NCBI GenBank assembly: GCA_050117845.1
Contig: JASFLY010000003.1
Location: 64,001-128,000, forward strand
Direction: 5' to 3'
DNA: 64,000 nucleotides
Origin: Candidatus Zixiibacteriota bacterium
Lineage (GTDB): Bacteria; RBG-13-66-14; B26-G2; WVWN01
Part shown: piece after piece, positions 8,867 to 19,398 of the stretch
Layout: each line of letters opens with the position of its first letter
Numbering within the stretch: the first letter of the stretch is position 1
Position numbers and translations under genes: made by a program
The notes under the pieces: model-generated
Database searches by the model: none
Told to the model about the DNA's origin: nothing
The model's input: the letters and a program-made list of their open reading frames with translations, nothing else

Positions 8867-10045
8867 GTGCGGCCCCTCGTGCTAATATACGATGGCGTGT
8901 CCGACATCCTACATTATGTAAAAAAAGTCGCCCGGCGCTCGCCGGGCGAAGTCCTCCGGGAGGCGGCCAAACGAAGCCGCGTCGCCCTAAAACTGGAGCG
9001 GCCCCTAGGCCGCGGCCGGGCCCTCTCGCCGTACGCCGTCAGCTTCTGGGTCACCCGGCGCTGCAACCTCCGGTGCGATATGTGTTGGGTCGAGCAGTCC
9101 CGCGAACTCGAGGGCGACGGCTACCTCCTGTCGGAAAACGAGCTGAATTTGTCCGAGTTGACCGGCGTGGTGGACGACCTGGCGCGGCGCTGGCGACCCC
9201 GCATCGGCATCACCGGCGGCGAGCCCTTCGTCCGCCGCGACACGCTCGACTTCATCCGGCACGTCAAAAACCGGGGCCTACGCTGCGGCGTCAACACCAA
9301 CGGGACCTTCCTCGCCCGCGACGCCGAAGAGCTGATCGAGGCCGGCCTCGACAGCATCATGGTCTCCGTGGACGGTCCGCCCGCCGTCCACGACCAACAG
9401 CGCCGCGTCCCCGGCACCTTCGTAAAAACGAAGGAAGGCATCGACGCCCTGCTGGCCGCCCGGGGCCGGGCCGGCGCCGGCCGGCCCTACGTCAAACTCA
9501 CCTGCACCGTCACGAACGCCAACGTCGACGCGTTGGCCGACATACCCGCGCTCTTCACCGACCTCCCGCTCGACGAGTTCACGTTCCAGCATCTCTGGTT
9601 CACCGAGGCCGAGACCGCCCGGGCCCAACGAAAACTCTTCACCGAAATCTTCGGCCAGGACACGACGTACCTGGAAGGCTTCGTCTCGCCGGAAATCCCG
9701 CCGGTGGACGTGGGTCGGCTCCGGGGCGCGGTCGAGGCCGTCGCGAGAAAGAGCTGGCCCTTCCCCGTTAACTTCTATCCGGCGCTGGGGCCGGACGAAC
9801 TGGGCCCCTTCTACGAGGACCCGCGGCACGCGTTCCGCCGGTCCTGTTTCTCCCGCTGGCTCCGCGTGGACGTACTGCCCGACGGCACCGTCACGCCCTG
9901 CCTCGGCCTGGCGGTGGGAAACGTACGCGAAAAGCCGATAAACGAAATATGGAACGGCCCGACTTTCCGCCGCTTCCGCCGCGAGCTGGGCCGAAGAGGA
10001 ACCTTTCCCGGCTGCGAACGATGTTGCGGTTTATTCAGTGATTAA
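8867..10045 (+). CDS. Radical SAM protein with SPASM/twitch domain
   Basis: CNLRCDMC, ITGGEP and NTNG; C-terminal C...DGTVTPC...GNVRE...IWNG...CERCC. Confidence 0.93.
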   Translation: MRPLVLIYDGVSDILHYVKKVARRSPGEVLREAAKRSRVALKLERPLGRGRALSPYAVSFWVTRRCNLRCDMCWVEQSRELEGDGYLLSENELNLSELTGVVDDLARRWRPRIGITGGEPFVRRDTLDFIRHVKNRGLRCGVNTNGTFLARDAEELIEAGLDSIMVSVDGPPAVHDQQRRVPGTFVKTKEGIDALLAARGRAGAGRPYVKLTCTVTNANVDALADIPALFTDLPLDEFTFQHLWFTEAETARAQRKLFTEIFGQDTTYLEGFVSPEIPPVDVGRLRGAVEAVARKSWPFPVNFYPALGPDELGPFYEDPRHAFRRSCFSRWLRVDVLPDGTVTPCLGLAVGNVREKPINEIWNGPTFRRFRRELGRRGTFPGCERCCGLFSD

Positions 10046-10167
10046 CGCCTAAAAGACGGCTTGAAGCGAACGGCGGGCCGTGTTAATATCCTCGCCTAAC
10101 TCCGGCCTCCAAGTCCCCCGGGCCGGCCGAATACCCAACCCTTTTACCGCTCATTACCGCCGAAGTT

Positions 10168-11778
10168 ATGGACGATAACAAACGCGAACGTAACGACCGC
10201 ATACGCTTATGGGCCGGGCGCCTGGCGCCGGCCGGAGCGTTCGCCTTCAAGCTGGCCGTATCGCTGGGCTTCCTCGTATATTACGTCCGGCACTTTAAAC
10301 GGATAATGTACATCGCCGACGGCCCCGGCCGCGGCATCGAGGCGTACACTCTCGCCTACGCCGGGTTCGACCTCTTCCCCCGGCACCAGTTCCCGCCGCT
10401 GCCTCTTTGGATATGGTCGGGCCTGTTGAAGATTTGGCCGGACATTTACTTCACCGGGACGGCGATGAACATCGTCGCCGGCTGCGGCATCGCCCTCTTC
10501 CTTTACCTCCTGGGGCGGCGCCTGGCCGGGCCGTTGGCGGGAGCGGTGGCGGTAATCGCGTTCACCTTCTCTCCCGTTCACCACAACCTGACGGTCACGA
10601 TGGGCATGGCGGAGCCGGTCTTTTACTTCTGGCTCGTGGCGGGCGTGTTCTTCGCGGCCCGGGCGGAGGCCGGCCTGCGGGGCGCGGCGGGCGCGGCCTT
10701 CTGCTTCGCCGCCGCGGCGCTCAGCCGCTATGAGGGTACGGCCTTCCTCATCCTGTACTCGGCCTATCGCCTCTTCCGCCACCGGCCCCGGACGGTCCTG
10801 GCCTGGGTCCTCTACTTTATCCCGCTCGCCGTCGCGGGCGTCTTCGTGGCCCACAAGGGCCTCCAGCCCAGCCACGCGGGTTTGTGGCCGGCGCTCGCCG
10901 GCGTCCGCGCCGACACCTCGGCGGTCCTTTCCAACCCGACGTGGTACCGGCGCCTGGGTTACGGCGTATACCGTTTCCTCTTCGACGGCCGCGCCACGGC
11001 CGTACTGGCCTTCGCCGGTGCGATTCTCGTCTTCCGAAAAAAGTGGCTGCGCGCCGACCGCTTCATGATCTGGCTGGCGTGGGCGCTTATCTTCACCGCC
11101 CTCACGGCTATCGCCGTCATAGTCGGCCTGGGCTTCTGCCCGGAGCGCTACTTCGCCACGCCGCTCATGCTCATCTTCCCGTTCGCCGGCCTGGCCGTGG
11201 TGGAACTCGTCCAGTTCGTAAAACCGCCCGCGAAGGCCGTCAAGGCCGTCGTCGTGGGCGCGATCCTAATCACGTCGCTCTACGTCACGGCGCGATGGGA
11301 TTACGTGATAATCAAGCCCGGATACGGCTTCCCCGGCCCCTGCAACACCCGACCCGCCTTCGCCACCGAGACGGCCCTTCGGCTCCGGGAACTCTGGCGC
11401 GGCGGCCGGCTCGGCCCCCAGGAAGTCGTGCTGATAGAAATCGGCGAACCGGGTTCGACCGGCTCGTGGCGTTTCGAGGAATACCCGTTGCGGGCCTTCA
11501 GCGACCACCCCCTGCACTTCCTACGGGAGACGGAATCCGAGCTGACGCCGGAGCTCGATTACCTCGTACCGCTCCTGCGCGAGAACGACATGCGTATCGC
11601 GATCGTTTGTAGCGATACGAACCGGGAGCTTCTGCGCCGGCACTACGACGAAATCCTCCCGGACGCCGTCATATACGACAACCCGACGCAGACCATAGTG
11701 GTCCTACGCGAGAGGTGGGAAAAGATACCCGACTTCGCGTCCCGTATTTGCCCGGACGAAGTCACGGTATACGAATAG
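10168..11778 (+). CDS. GT-C fold membrane glycosyltransferase (PMT/ArnT-like)
   Basis: Polytopic protein with an acidic first loop (YIADG), QFPPL, LYLLGRRL, MAEP, ALSRYE and ERYF motifs, plus a soluble C-terminal domain. Confidence 0.75.
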   Translation: MDDNKRERNDRIRLWAGRLAPAGAFAFKLAVSLGFLVYYVRHFKRIMYIADGPGRGIEAYTLAYAGFDLFPRHQFPPLPLWIWSGLLKIWPDIYFTGTAMNIVAGCGIALFLYLLGRRLAGPLAGAVAVIAFTFSPVHHNLTVTMGMAEPVFYFWLVAGVFFAARAEAGLRGAAGAAFCFAAAALSRYEGTAFLILYSAYRLFRHRPRTVLAWVLYFIPLAVAGVFVAHKGLQPSHAGLWPALAGVRADTSAVLSNPTWYRRLGYGVYRFLFDGRATAVLAFAGAILVFRKKWLRADRFMIWLAWALIFTALTAIAVIVGLGFCPERYFATPLMLIFPFAGLAVVELVQFVKPPAKAVKAVVVGAILITSLYVTARWDYVIIKPGYGFPGPCNTRPAFATETALRLRELWRGGRLGPQEVVLIEIGEPGSTGSWRFEEYPLRAFSDHPLHFLRETESELTPELDYLVPLLRENDMRIAIVCSDTNRELLRRHYDEILPDAVIYDNPTQTIVVLRERWEKIPDFASRICPDEVTVYE

Positions 11779-11855
11779 CGCGCCCCCGCCGGGAACGGCG
11801 GCGGGCACGGCACAAGTAGGAAGGGATCGTAGTTACGCACACCGAGAGGGAAGCG

Positions 11856-13460
11856 GTGCATTCCCGGAAGAAAACGGAGTGGTTGGGTCGGCTCGCGCCG
11901 TGGGGATTCTTCGCCCTTAAAATCCTCGTATCCATCTATTCCCTCCACCGGTACATGCCCCACTACCTAAGGTTGACCTATATCGCCGACGGGCCGGCCC
12001 GCGGCATAGAGGCCTTCAACCTGGCGTACGGCGACTTCGGCGTTTTTAAAACCTACCAATTCCTGCCCATGCAGATATGGCTCTGGGCGGGCCTCCTTAA
12101 AATATATCCCGACGTTTATTGGACAGGGACGGCGCTGAACGTCGCGTTCGCCGCCGGCACGACGGTCCTCCTTTACCTCCTGGGGCGCGAACTCGCGGGG
12201 CCGGCGGCCGGGGCGCTGGCGGCCGTCCTCTTTATCTTTTCGCCCGTGCACCATTGCCTGACCATCTCGGAGGGGATGGCGGAAAGCATATTCTTCTTCT
12301 GGAACGCCGCCGGCATATACGCCGCGGCCCGGGCGGCGCGGGAAGGACGCGGCGAGTGGGTGGCCGGCCTCTGCTTCGGCGCCGCCGCCCTGACGCGCTA
12401 CGAGAGCGCGGCCCTGCTCATCCTCTACTCGGCCTACCGGCTGTTCCGAGCGCGGCCGCGGAGCGCCGGCGGGTGGCTGCTCTGGGCGGCGCCTTTGGCG
12501 GCCGTGGCCGTTGTACTGGGCCACAAGGCCATGCTCGCCGCGCACGTGGGCGTTCGTCACGACCTCGCCGGCGTCAAGGGCGACAGCGAACTCGTACTGC
12601 CCGGGGCGTTGTGGTACGAGCGGGTCGCCTACGGCCTGACGCGCGTCTGGCGGGACGGCCGGGTGTTCGGCCTCCTGGGCGCCGCCGGCTTCTTCCTCGT
12701 TTGGCTGCGCGGCATACGCAACGAAAGCCGGCTCCTGATATGGGGCGGCCTCGCCGCCCTGCTGGTCGGCGTATCGACCGTATTCGCGGTAGTCGGCCTG
12801 GGCCTGGGGCCGGAGCGGCACTTCTCCATCATACTGATGTTCTTGTTCCCCTTCGCCGGCCTTACCGTCACGGAGGCGTGGCGCCGGGCGCGGGGCCTCG
12901 CGTTAAAAATCGTCCTGATCGTATTATTGGCGGCCGCCGGCGCTTACACCGTTTATTTCGACTCGGCCATCAAGGACTACGGTTACGGCTTCCCGGGGCC
13001 ATGTTACTCCTGCATGACCGTGGACGCGGAGCTGGCCCTCAAGCTCCGGGACCTCTGGCGCTCGGGGGAACTCGGGCCGGACGAGATAATATATATGGAA
13101 CAAAACGACGGCAATTTCAGCAACTACCCGATCCAGGCGTACAGCAACCGGCCGCGGAACTTCTACGTCAGCCCCGCCTACCAGTCGGAACGGGACCTCT
13201 GGTACCTCGATTATATAATGGAGACGAACGGGTTCCGCGTCGCCATATTCGTGAACGCGGTTACCCGCCACCAGTTGAAATCCTTCTATCGGGCCCTGGG
13301 AAAGAAGTACGTCATCTACGAAACGCCGGCCCACTCGCTCGTCGTGCGGCGCGACGGATGGCCGCGCGGCCTCCCCGATTTCCGGTCGGCCCGCCACCCC
13401 CGGCAATCCCGCGTAGTCGACTACGGCTCGCCCGACGCCGTAATAAAAAGGACGCCCTGA
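11856..13460 (+). CDS. GT-C fold membrane glycosyltransferase, tandem paralogue
   Basis: Shares YIADGPxRGIEA, LYLLGR, GMAE, RYE, PER and GYGFPGPC with the upstream gene. Confidence 0.75.
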   Translation: MHSRKKTEWLGRLAPWGFFALKILVSIYSLHRYMPHYLRLTYIADGPARGIEAFNLAYGDFGVFKTYQFLPMQIWLWAGLLKIYPDVYWTGTALNVAFAAGTTVLLYLLGRELAGPAAGALAAVLFIFSPVHHCLTISEGMAESIFFFWNAAGIYAAARAAREGRGEWVAGLCFGAAALTRYESAALLILYSAYRLFRARPRSAGGWLLWAAPLAAVAVVLGHKAMLAAHVGVRHDLAGVKGDSELVLPGALWYERVAYGLTRVWRDGRVFGLLGAAGFFLVWLRGIRNESRLLIWGGLAALLVGVSTVFAVVGLGLGPERHFSIILMFLFPFAGLTVTEAWRRARGLALKIVLIVLLAAAGAYTVYFDSAIKDYGYGFPGPCYSCMTVDAELALKLRDLWRSGELGPDEIIYMEQNDGNFSNYPIQAYSNRPRNFYVSPAYQSERDLWYLDYIMETNGFRVAIFVNAVTRHQLKSFYRALGKKYVIYETPAHSLVVRRDGWPRGLPDFRSARHPRQSRVVDYGSPDAVIKRTP

Positions 13461-13489
13461 CGGGCGCCCGGCGTCGGCGTAGGATTAGC

Positions 13490-14239
13490 TTATTGTTCGA
13501 CCGCGGCCTGCGGCATTCCCAAATGCACCAGGCCCAGGTTCATAAAGCCGTTCACGATTTTCAATAGGTACAACTGGTCGTCGATGTTCAGCCGCCGGGC
13601 CATATCCCGGATGGTCAACCCCTGTTCGGCCAGGTGGAGAATCTCCCGCTCCATGGAGGAGAATTCGTAGTCGCCGCGCAACAGCTCCGCCAGCGGCCTC
13701 GTCTCTTTGTGGATAACGAGATCCACCGACGGGATCCTCCGGCTGATACGCTTGTAGTCGTCCATCCTCTTCGTCGATTCCATCACGAGTTCCGTAACCG
13801 AGATGGAGACCGTTATGTCCTCGTCGAGGCGGTAGGGCGTAAGCTCGTAGGTGAACGTCCCGTCCTCGATCAGGAACATGTCGAAGAGTTTTATTTTAAT
13901 TTTACGTTGGATGAAGTCGACCAGCGTCTCCCGGCCTATCGTCCCCCGGTGCAGGAGGAAAGTGCCGAAGCGGGGCTTCTCGGCGCCGGAGTCCTCGTAT
14001 TCGCGCAGGGCCCGCGTCAATTGCTCGCGCTTGATGACGCCGGCGTTCACGAGATCCTCGCCGAGGGGCGCGTATTTCTTGCTGGAATCGGCGTAAATTA
14101 CGAAGCCGTCGTCGAAGTAGGTGCGATACCAAACGCCGAATTCGTCGTCCACCGTCAGGATGCAGGTCCGCCGGCCCAGTTGGACTATCTGAAACAGGTC
14201 CACTAACGTCAGGTCTCGTACGTTGCCGATTACCGCCAT
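13490..14239 (-). CDS. DUF4388 (PatA-N-like) domain protein
   Basis: GNVRDLTLVDLFQIVQLGRRTCILTV...FDDGFVIYA...LGEDLVNAGVI...FGTFLL...DGTFTY...ELVMES. Confidence 0.85.
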   Translation of the reverse strand: MAVIGNVRDLTLVDLFQIVQLGRRTCILTVDDEFGVWYRTYFDDGFVIYADSSKKYAPLGEDLVNAGVIKREQLTRALREYEDSGAEKPRFGTFLLHRGTIGRETLVDFIQRKIKIKLFDMFLIEDGTFTYELTPYRLDEDITVSISVTELVMESTKRMDDYKRISRRIPSVDLVIHKETRPLAELLRGDYEFSSMEREILHLAEQGLTIRDMARRLNIDDQLYLLKIVNGFMNLGLVHLGMPQAAVEQ

Positions 14240-14302
14240 AAGTCAAGGCCGCCTCGTTTGGAAACGCCGTTGCGCCGGTGAAACGAAGTTATGTCGTTTT
14301 TC

Positions 14303-14331
14303 ATTATAACAATGAGGCCCTTTCCGGTCAA
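14303..14331 (-). promoter_or_regulatory. Sigma70-type promoter for the DUF4388 gene
   Basis: TTGACC-17 nt-TATAAT on the minus strand, with a TG extension. Confidence 0.7.
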
Positions 14332-14365
14332 GCGAACACAACTATAAGGGGAACGCCGGTTCCGC

Positions 14366-14394
14366 TTGACCGAAACGCCGTTATCGGTTATATT
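14366..14394 (+). promoter_or_regulatory. Sigma70-type promoter for aminotransferase-rsfS-argS
   Basis: TTGACC-17 nt-TATATT; divergent from the promoter at 14303-14331. Confidence 0.6.
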
Positions 14395-14438
14395 CTCCAC
14401 AACGAAGCTCTTTTCGGCTCTTTCCACCGAGGTGCGAT

Positions 14439-15653
14439 ATGGGAAACGACGGACCCCAGCTCTCCGCCCGGGCGGCCGCCCTGCCGGCCTCGCCCATCCG
14501 CAAGTTAATACCGCTCGCCGACGGCGCCAAAAAGCGGGGCGTTCACGTGTATCACCTCAACATCGGCCAGCCCGACATCCCGTCGCCCGAGGCATTCCTC
14601 CGCGCGCTGGGGGAATTCCCGGAAAAGGTAATCGCGTACGGCCGCTCCGAAGGGGAACCGCCGCTCCGGGAGGCCTACCGGGAATACTACGGCCGCTTCG
14701 GCCTCGACCTCGCCGTCGAGAATATCATGGTGACGACCGGCGGCTCCGAAGCCCTGCTCTTCGCGTTCTTCTGCGTCGCCGCCGCGGGCGAAGAGGTAAT
14801 CGTCTTCGAGCCCTTTTACACCAACTACAACGGCTTCGCGGACGTCGTGGGCGTTAAGTTCAAGCCGCTCGCGACCGAGCCCGGCAGCGGCTACCACCTC
14901 CCCGCGCCGGACGCGATCGAGGCCGCCATCGGCCCCAAGACCCGGGCCATCGCCCTCTGCAACCCCAACAACCCCACCGGGACCGTTTACGGCGACGACG
15001 AACTCCGCGCCGTCGCCGAGCTGGCGAAACGGCACAACCTCTTCATTATCTCGGACGAGGTGTACCGCGAATTCGTTTACGACGGCCTGACCCACACGTC
15101 GATGCTCTCCTACCCCGACGTGGCATCCCGCGTCGTCGTTACCGATAGTCTGTCGAAGCGCTTCAGCGCCTGCGGCGCGCGCATCGGCTGCCTGGTTTCG
15201 CGCAACGCCGAATTCATGGCCGCGGCGCTCAAGCTCGGCCAGGCCCGCCTCTCCCCGCCGGTGGTGGAGGAGTTCGCGGCGACCGCGGCCCTACGGCTCG
15301 CGCCGTCGGAATACGTCGAACCGATGATCGCGGAATTCGCCCGGCGCCGAGACGTCGTATACGGCGCGGTGGCCGACATGCCGGGCGTTCTGGCCTACAA
15401 ACCGTCGGGCGCTTTCTACATGGCTCCCGAGTTCCCGGTGGACGACGCCGAGAAATTCGTGTCCTGGATGCTCACGGACTTCGAGCACGAGGGCGCGACC
15501 ACCATGCTCGCGCCGGCGAACGGCTTCTACGCCACGCCGGGCGCAGGCCTGCGGGAGGCGCGTATCGCGTACGTCCTCAACGAAGGCGACCTGGGCCGGG
15601 CGATGACTTGCCTGGCCGAGGGCCTGAAACAATACCCGGGGCGGAGTTCCTAG
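14439..15653 (+). CDS. PLP-dependent class I/II (aspartate-type) aminotransferase
   Basis: LNIGQPD, TTGGSEA, NPNNPTG, SDEVY and SLSKRFSACGARIG. Confidence 0.95.
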   Translation: MGNDGPQLSARAAALPASPIRKLIPLADGAKKRGVHVYHLNIGQPDIPSPEAFLRALGEFPEKVIAYGRSEGEPPLREAYREYYGRFGLDLAVENIMVTTGGSEALLFAFFCVAAAGEEVIVFEPFYTNYNGFADVVGVKFKPLATEPGSGYHLPAPDAIEAAIGPKTRAIALCNPNNPTGTVYGDDELRAVAELAKRHNLFIISDEVYREFVYDGLTHTSMLSYPDVASRVVVTDSLSKRFSACGARIGCLVSRNAEFMAAALKLGQARLSPPVVEEFAATAALRLAPSEYVEPMIAEFARRRDVVYGAVADMPGVLAYKPSGAFYMAPEFPVDDAEKFVSWMLTDFEHEGATTMLAPANGFYATPGAGLREARIAYVLNEGDLGRAMTCLAEGLKQYPGRSS

Positions 15654-16073
15654 GTGGCCCGGCCGGACAAAACCCTCCCCGAGGGCACGACCTTCCGCGG
15701 CGAGAAGCTGAACGCGAAAGATAAAGCCCTGCTCGCCGCCGCCGAAGCGGACGACCTCAAGGCGCGGGACATCGTCGTTCTCGACGTCCGGGAGTTCCCT
15801 TCGCTGGCCGAGTACTTCGTAATATGCACCGGCGACACCAAGCGGCACCTCCGCGGTATCGCCGGCCGCCTGAAGGACGCTGCCGACGAGCACGACTTCG
15901 CCGTCCATCACACCGAGGGCCTCGACATGGCCCGGTGGATACTTGTGGACCTCAATAACGTCGTCGTCCACATCTTCGACCCGGAAGCGCGGAACCATTA
16001 CGAGCTCGAGCGCCTCTGGGGCGACGCGGCCCGCGTCCCCTTCGCCCCTCCCCAACCCCCCGGAAAAAAATAA
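15654..16073 (+). CDS. rsfS: Ribosome silencing factor
   Basis: KARDIVVLDV...YFVICTG...WILVDLNNVVVHIF...RNHYELERLWGDA. Confidence 0.95.
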   Translation: MARPDKTLPEGTTFRGEKLNAKDKALLAAAEADDLKARDIVVLDVREFPSLAEYFVICTGDTKRHLRGIAGRLKDAADEHDFAVHHTEGLDMARWILVDLNNVVVHIFDPEARNHYELERLWGDAARVPFAPPQPPGKK

Positions 16074-17701
16074 TGACCGCCGACCTGCAAACACTCCTCG
16101 AACAGGCGCTCGCGGAGGCGAGCGCCGATATGGCGCCGGGCGAGGCCGAGTTCACGGTCCCCCCCGACGCCGACCACGGCGACCTTTCGACCAACGCCGC
16201 GCTCGTCTTCGGCAAGAAACTCGGCGTCAAGCCGCGCGACCTGGCCGGCGCCATCGCCGAAGCCCTCAAGGCCGCGCCGGACGCCGCCGCGGTCGAGGTC
16301 GCGGGGCCCGGATTCGTCAACGTACGCCTGGCCGACGAGGCGATTTTCGCCGCAGCCTCCCGGGCCCTCTCGGAAGGCGACGACTACGGCCGGAGCGACG
16401 TGGGCCGGGGCGCCCGGGTGCAGGTCGAGTTCGTCTCCGCCAACCCCACCGGCCCGCTCAACGCCGTGAACGCCCGCGCCGCCGCCTACGGCGACGCCCT
16501 CGCCCGCCTCCTCGAGTTCACCGGCCACGCCGCCGCCCGGGAGTTCTACGTCTGCGACGTGGGGACGCAGATGGACCTGCTGGCCCAATCGGTCCGGGCG
16601 CGGATGCTGGAACTGAGAGGCGAAGCGGCGGAACTGCCGGAGGGCGGCTACCGTGGCGAGTACGTCGTCGACCTGGCCCGGCAGCTATCCGAAGCCGGGG
16701 CCGTCTCGCCGGGCGACGACGACGGCCGCATCGCCGCCGCCGCCGCCGAGGCCGTCGTGGCCGGCCAGCGCGCCGACCTGGGGAGTTTCGGCGTCGAATT
16801 CGACGAGTGGTTTCCCGAATCGTCGCTCTATCCCGACGCCGTGGCCCGGGCCCGGAAGCTGTTGGCCGAACGGGCCGCGACCTACGAGAAGGACGGCGCC
16901 ACGTGGCTGCGGACGACGGCCGCGGGCGACGACGAGGACCGCGTAATCGTCCGGGCCGACGGCAGGCCCACCTACTTCATGGCCGACGTCGCCTACCACC
17001 TGGACAAACACGAACGAGGCTTCACGAGGGTCATCGACGTCCTGGGCCCCGACCACCACGGCCACGTGAAGAAACTCCACGCCATGGTGGAACTGCTGGG
17101 CCTGCCGGCCGACTGGCTGGAGGTCGTCATCTGCCAGCAGGTGAATATGCTGGAGGGCGGCGAGAAGGTCAAGATGTCGAAACGGGCCGGCGCCCTGGTC
17201 ACGATGCGCGAGGTCCTGGAGCAGATAGGCACCGACGCCGCGCGCTTCTTCTTTTTAATGCGGACCCCCCCGGCCCACCTCGACTTCGACCTCGAGCTCG
17301 CGCGCAGCCAGACGCCGGATAACCCGGTGTACTACGCCCAGTACTGCCACGCCCGCGTCGAGAGCGTCCGGCGGGAAGCGGGCGAAGACATGGCGAACGC
17401 CTCCCCCCAAGACTTCGACGCCGCCGAACTACCCCTCCCCGAGGAACGCCTTCTCGCCCGGACCATCTGGGAGTTCCCCGGCTTCGTCGAAGCCGCGGCC
17501 GCCCGCCGCGAGCCCCACCGCCTGACGGCGTACGCCGGCCGGCTGGCCTCCCTCTTCCATAATTATTATCACCACCACCGCATCCTCCAGGCCGACACGG
17601 CGGGCCAGGCCCGCGCCCGGCTCTTCCTCGCCCGGGCGGTGGGCCGGACCATGAAAAACGCGCTCGGCCTGTTGGGCGTGAGCGCGCCGTCCCGCATGTA
17701 A
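16073..17701 (+). CDS. argS: Arginine--tRNA ligase
   Basis: HGDLSTN, AGPGFVN, VEFVSANPTGPL, TYFMADVAYH, KMSKRAG and NPVYYAQYCHAR. Confidence 0.97.
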   Translation: MTADLQTLLEQALAEASADMAPGEAEFTVPPDADHGDLSTNAALVFGKKLGVKPRDLAGAIAEALKAAPDAAAVEVAGPGFVNVRLADEAIFAAASRALSEGDDYGRSDVGRGARVQVEFVSANPTGPLNAVNARAAAYGDALARLLEFTGHAAAREFYVCDVGTQMDLLAQSVRARMLELRGEAAELPEGGYRGEYVVDLARQLSEAGAVSPGDDDGRIAAAAAEAVVAGQRADLGSFGVEFDEWFPESSLYPDAVARARKLLAERAATYEKDGATWLRTTAAGDDEDRVIVRADGRPTYFMADVAYHLDKHERGFTRVIDVLGPDHHGHVKKLHAMVELLGLPADWLEVVICQQVNMLEGGEKVKMSKRAGALVTMREVLEQIGTDAARFFFLMRTPPAHLDFDLELARSQTPDNPVYYAQYCHARVESVRREAGEDMANASPQDFDAAELPLPEERLLARTIWEFPGFVEAAAARREPHRLTAYAGRLASLFHNYYHHHRILQADTAGQARARLFLARAVGRTMKNALGLLGVSAPSRM

Positions 17702-17721
17702 AGGGGCAGTTAAGGAGTGAA

Positions 17722-19338
17722 TCAGGACCCGCGGCCCGCCGCGGGTTTTAGTTTTACGCCCGGCTCAACGAAGACGACCTCGCCGCCGCGCGGGAGAACG
17801 CGCCCCGCGGGCCCCTTGGCCCGGCGGACGTGGCGCCGCTCGACGACGATGACCGGGACCAGGCCCGAGTGCTTATCGCCGGAGTAGAAGGCCGCCAGCG
17901 CCGCCGCCTCTTCCACCGTGCGGCGCGGCACCGGCTTATTCTTGTCGTCCCGACGTATCACGACGTGCGAACCCCGGGCCTGCTCCGCGTGGAGCCACAG
18001 GTCGTGGGGCCGGGCGACCTTGAAGGTAATCTCGTCGTTCTCGGCGGCGCTCCGGCCTACGATGACGAGTAAGCCGTCGGACGACAGGAAACGCCGACCG
18101 GGACCCGATTGAACCTTGCCCGCCGACTTCGCGGCCGGCCCATCGTCCTCCCGCCAGGGCTCTAGTTCCTCGAGCGACGTCGCCTCCCGCAGTTCCGCGA
18201 GTTCCGCCCGGGCTTCGGCCAGTTCGCCGTCGAGCGCCGCGAGCCGTTCGGCCACGGCCTCCACGCCCCGTTTGGCCCGCCGGTACTTTTTGAAGAGCCG
18301 TTCCATATTCTCCGCCGGCGACAGGTCGGCTTGCAACTCTATTTCAAGGTCGCCGCCGCCGTACGGATCCGGCAAGGTCACGGAGGGCATGCCGCGGCGA
18401 AGCGAGGCCAGGTTGTACTTCAACGCCTCCCCCATCCTCCTGTAATCCTCATATTGGCCGTACTCGTCGCGGCGCCGCTCCAGCTCGCGGCGCTGGCGCT
18501 CGAGCCGCTTCACCCGGGTCGCGAGGCGCCGCTCCGCCGCCCGCCGTTCGTCGTCGAAACGCGAGGCCGTCTCGTTCTCGGCGTAAGCGTACGCCACGGC
18601 CTCGTTGACGCCGTCGAAACGCCGCACCTCGGCGGCGTCGGCGTCGAACAACGGCCCCGCGTACGGCCGCCACGTACCGTCCACAAGCACGGCCGCGGGG
18701 GCCGTCTCCCCGGCGGCTACACGGGCGAAGGCTCCGAAACGCTCGGCCGCGTGCTCTTCCGTCCCGCCGGCGACTATCCACCGCGCTACGAGGGGAGACA
18801 TATAAGCCACGCCGCGGGAGAGAGCCGCGGCGCCTTCTTCGACCAGGTACGGCCCCGGGCCCTCGGCCGCCGCGTCGGCCGCGGCCTTGCGGCCCCGGTC
18901 GCCGGGCCAGGGGTACGGTTCCCCCACGGGGAGTTTCCGGCCGGCCAGGCATTCGGCCACGGCGTCGCCCTCCAAAACGAAGACGCCGCCGGCCCGGCCG
19001 AAGAACTCCGCCACTACCCGGCGCGCCCCCCCCGGCCCCCCCTGCCCCGCGACGTCGATTATCAATATGCGGTCGTCGTACCACTGGCGGAATTCGACTA
19101 TCCGGGCGTCCTCCAAAGACGACCGGACGCGCCCCCGCCTGCCGCTCCGTATCTCCTCGGCGAAAAACGCGGCCCCGCCGTCGCCCGGGGCGAGCGTCAA
19201 CGTACGGCGGTTGCCGTCCGCGGCCGTAAGGGCCAACGCGACCGGCGCCTCCGGCAAACGGAAAACGCCTACCACAGCCGAGCCGGCCAGGGCCGAATTT
19301 AATTCGGGGAGTAAAACCGATAAGGTTAGCTCATCCAA
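17722..19338 (-). CDS. NFACT/RqcH (FbpA-like) ribosome quality-control family protein
   Basis: DDRILII, coiled coil, LSPAENMERLFKKYRRAKRG, and NFACT-R motif VGRSAAENDEIT...DLWLHA...GSHVVI...AAALAAFYS. Confidence 0.9.
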   Translation of the reverse strand: MDELTLSVLLPELNSALAGSAVVGVFRLPEAPVALALTAADGNRRTLTLAPGDGGAAFFAEEIRSGRRGRVRSSLEDARIVEFRQWYDDRILIIDVAGQGGPGGARRVVAEFFGRAGGVFVLEGDAVAECLAGRKLPVGEPYPWPGDRGRKAAADAAAEGPGPYLVEEGAAALSRGVAYMSPLVARWIVAGGTEEHAAERFGAFARVAAGETAPAAVLVDGTWRPYAGPLFDADAAEVRRFDGVNEAVAYAYAENETASRFDDERRAAERRLATRVKRLERQRRELERRRDEYGQYEDYRRMGEALKYNLASLRRGMPSVTLPDPYGGGDLEIELQADLSPAENMERLFKKYRRAKRGVEAVAERLAALDGELAEARAELAELREATSLEELEPWREDDGPAAKSAGKVQSGPGRRFLSSDGLLVIVGRSAAENDEITFKVARPHDLWLHAEQARGSHVVIRRDDKNKPVPRRTVEEAAALAAFYSGDKHSGLVPVIVVERRHVRRAKGPAGRVLPRGGEVVFVEPGVKLKPAAGRGS

Positions 19339-19398
19339 ACGTGAAATCCTTCGCTTTAACCTTGACTTTCGCGCCGGGGCGGCCGATAATTACGGCGT

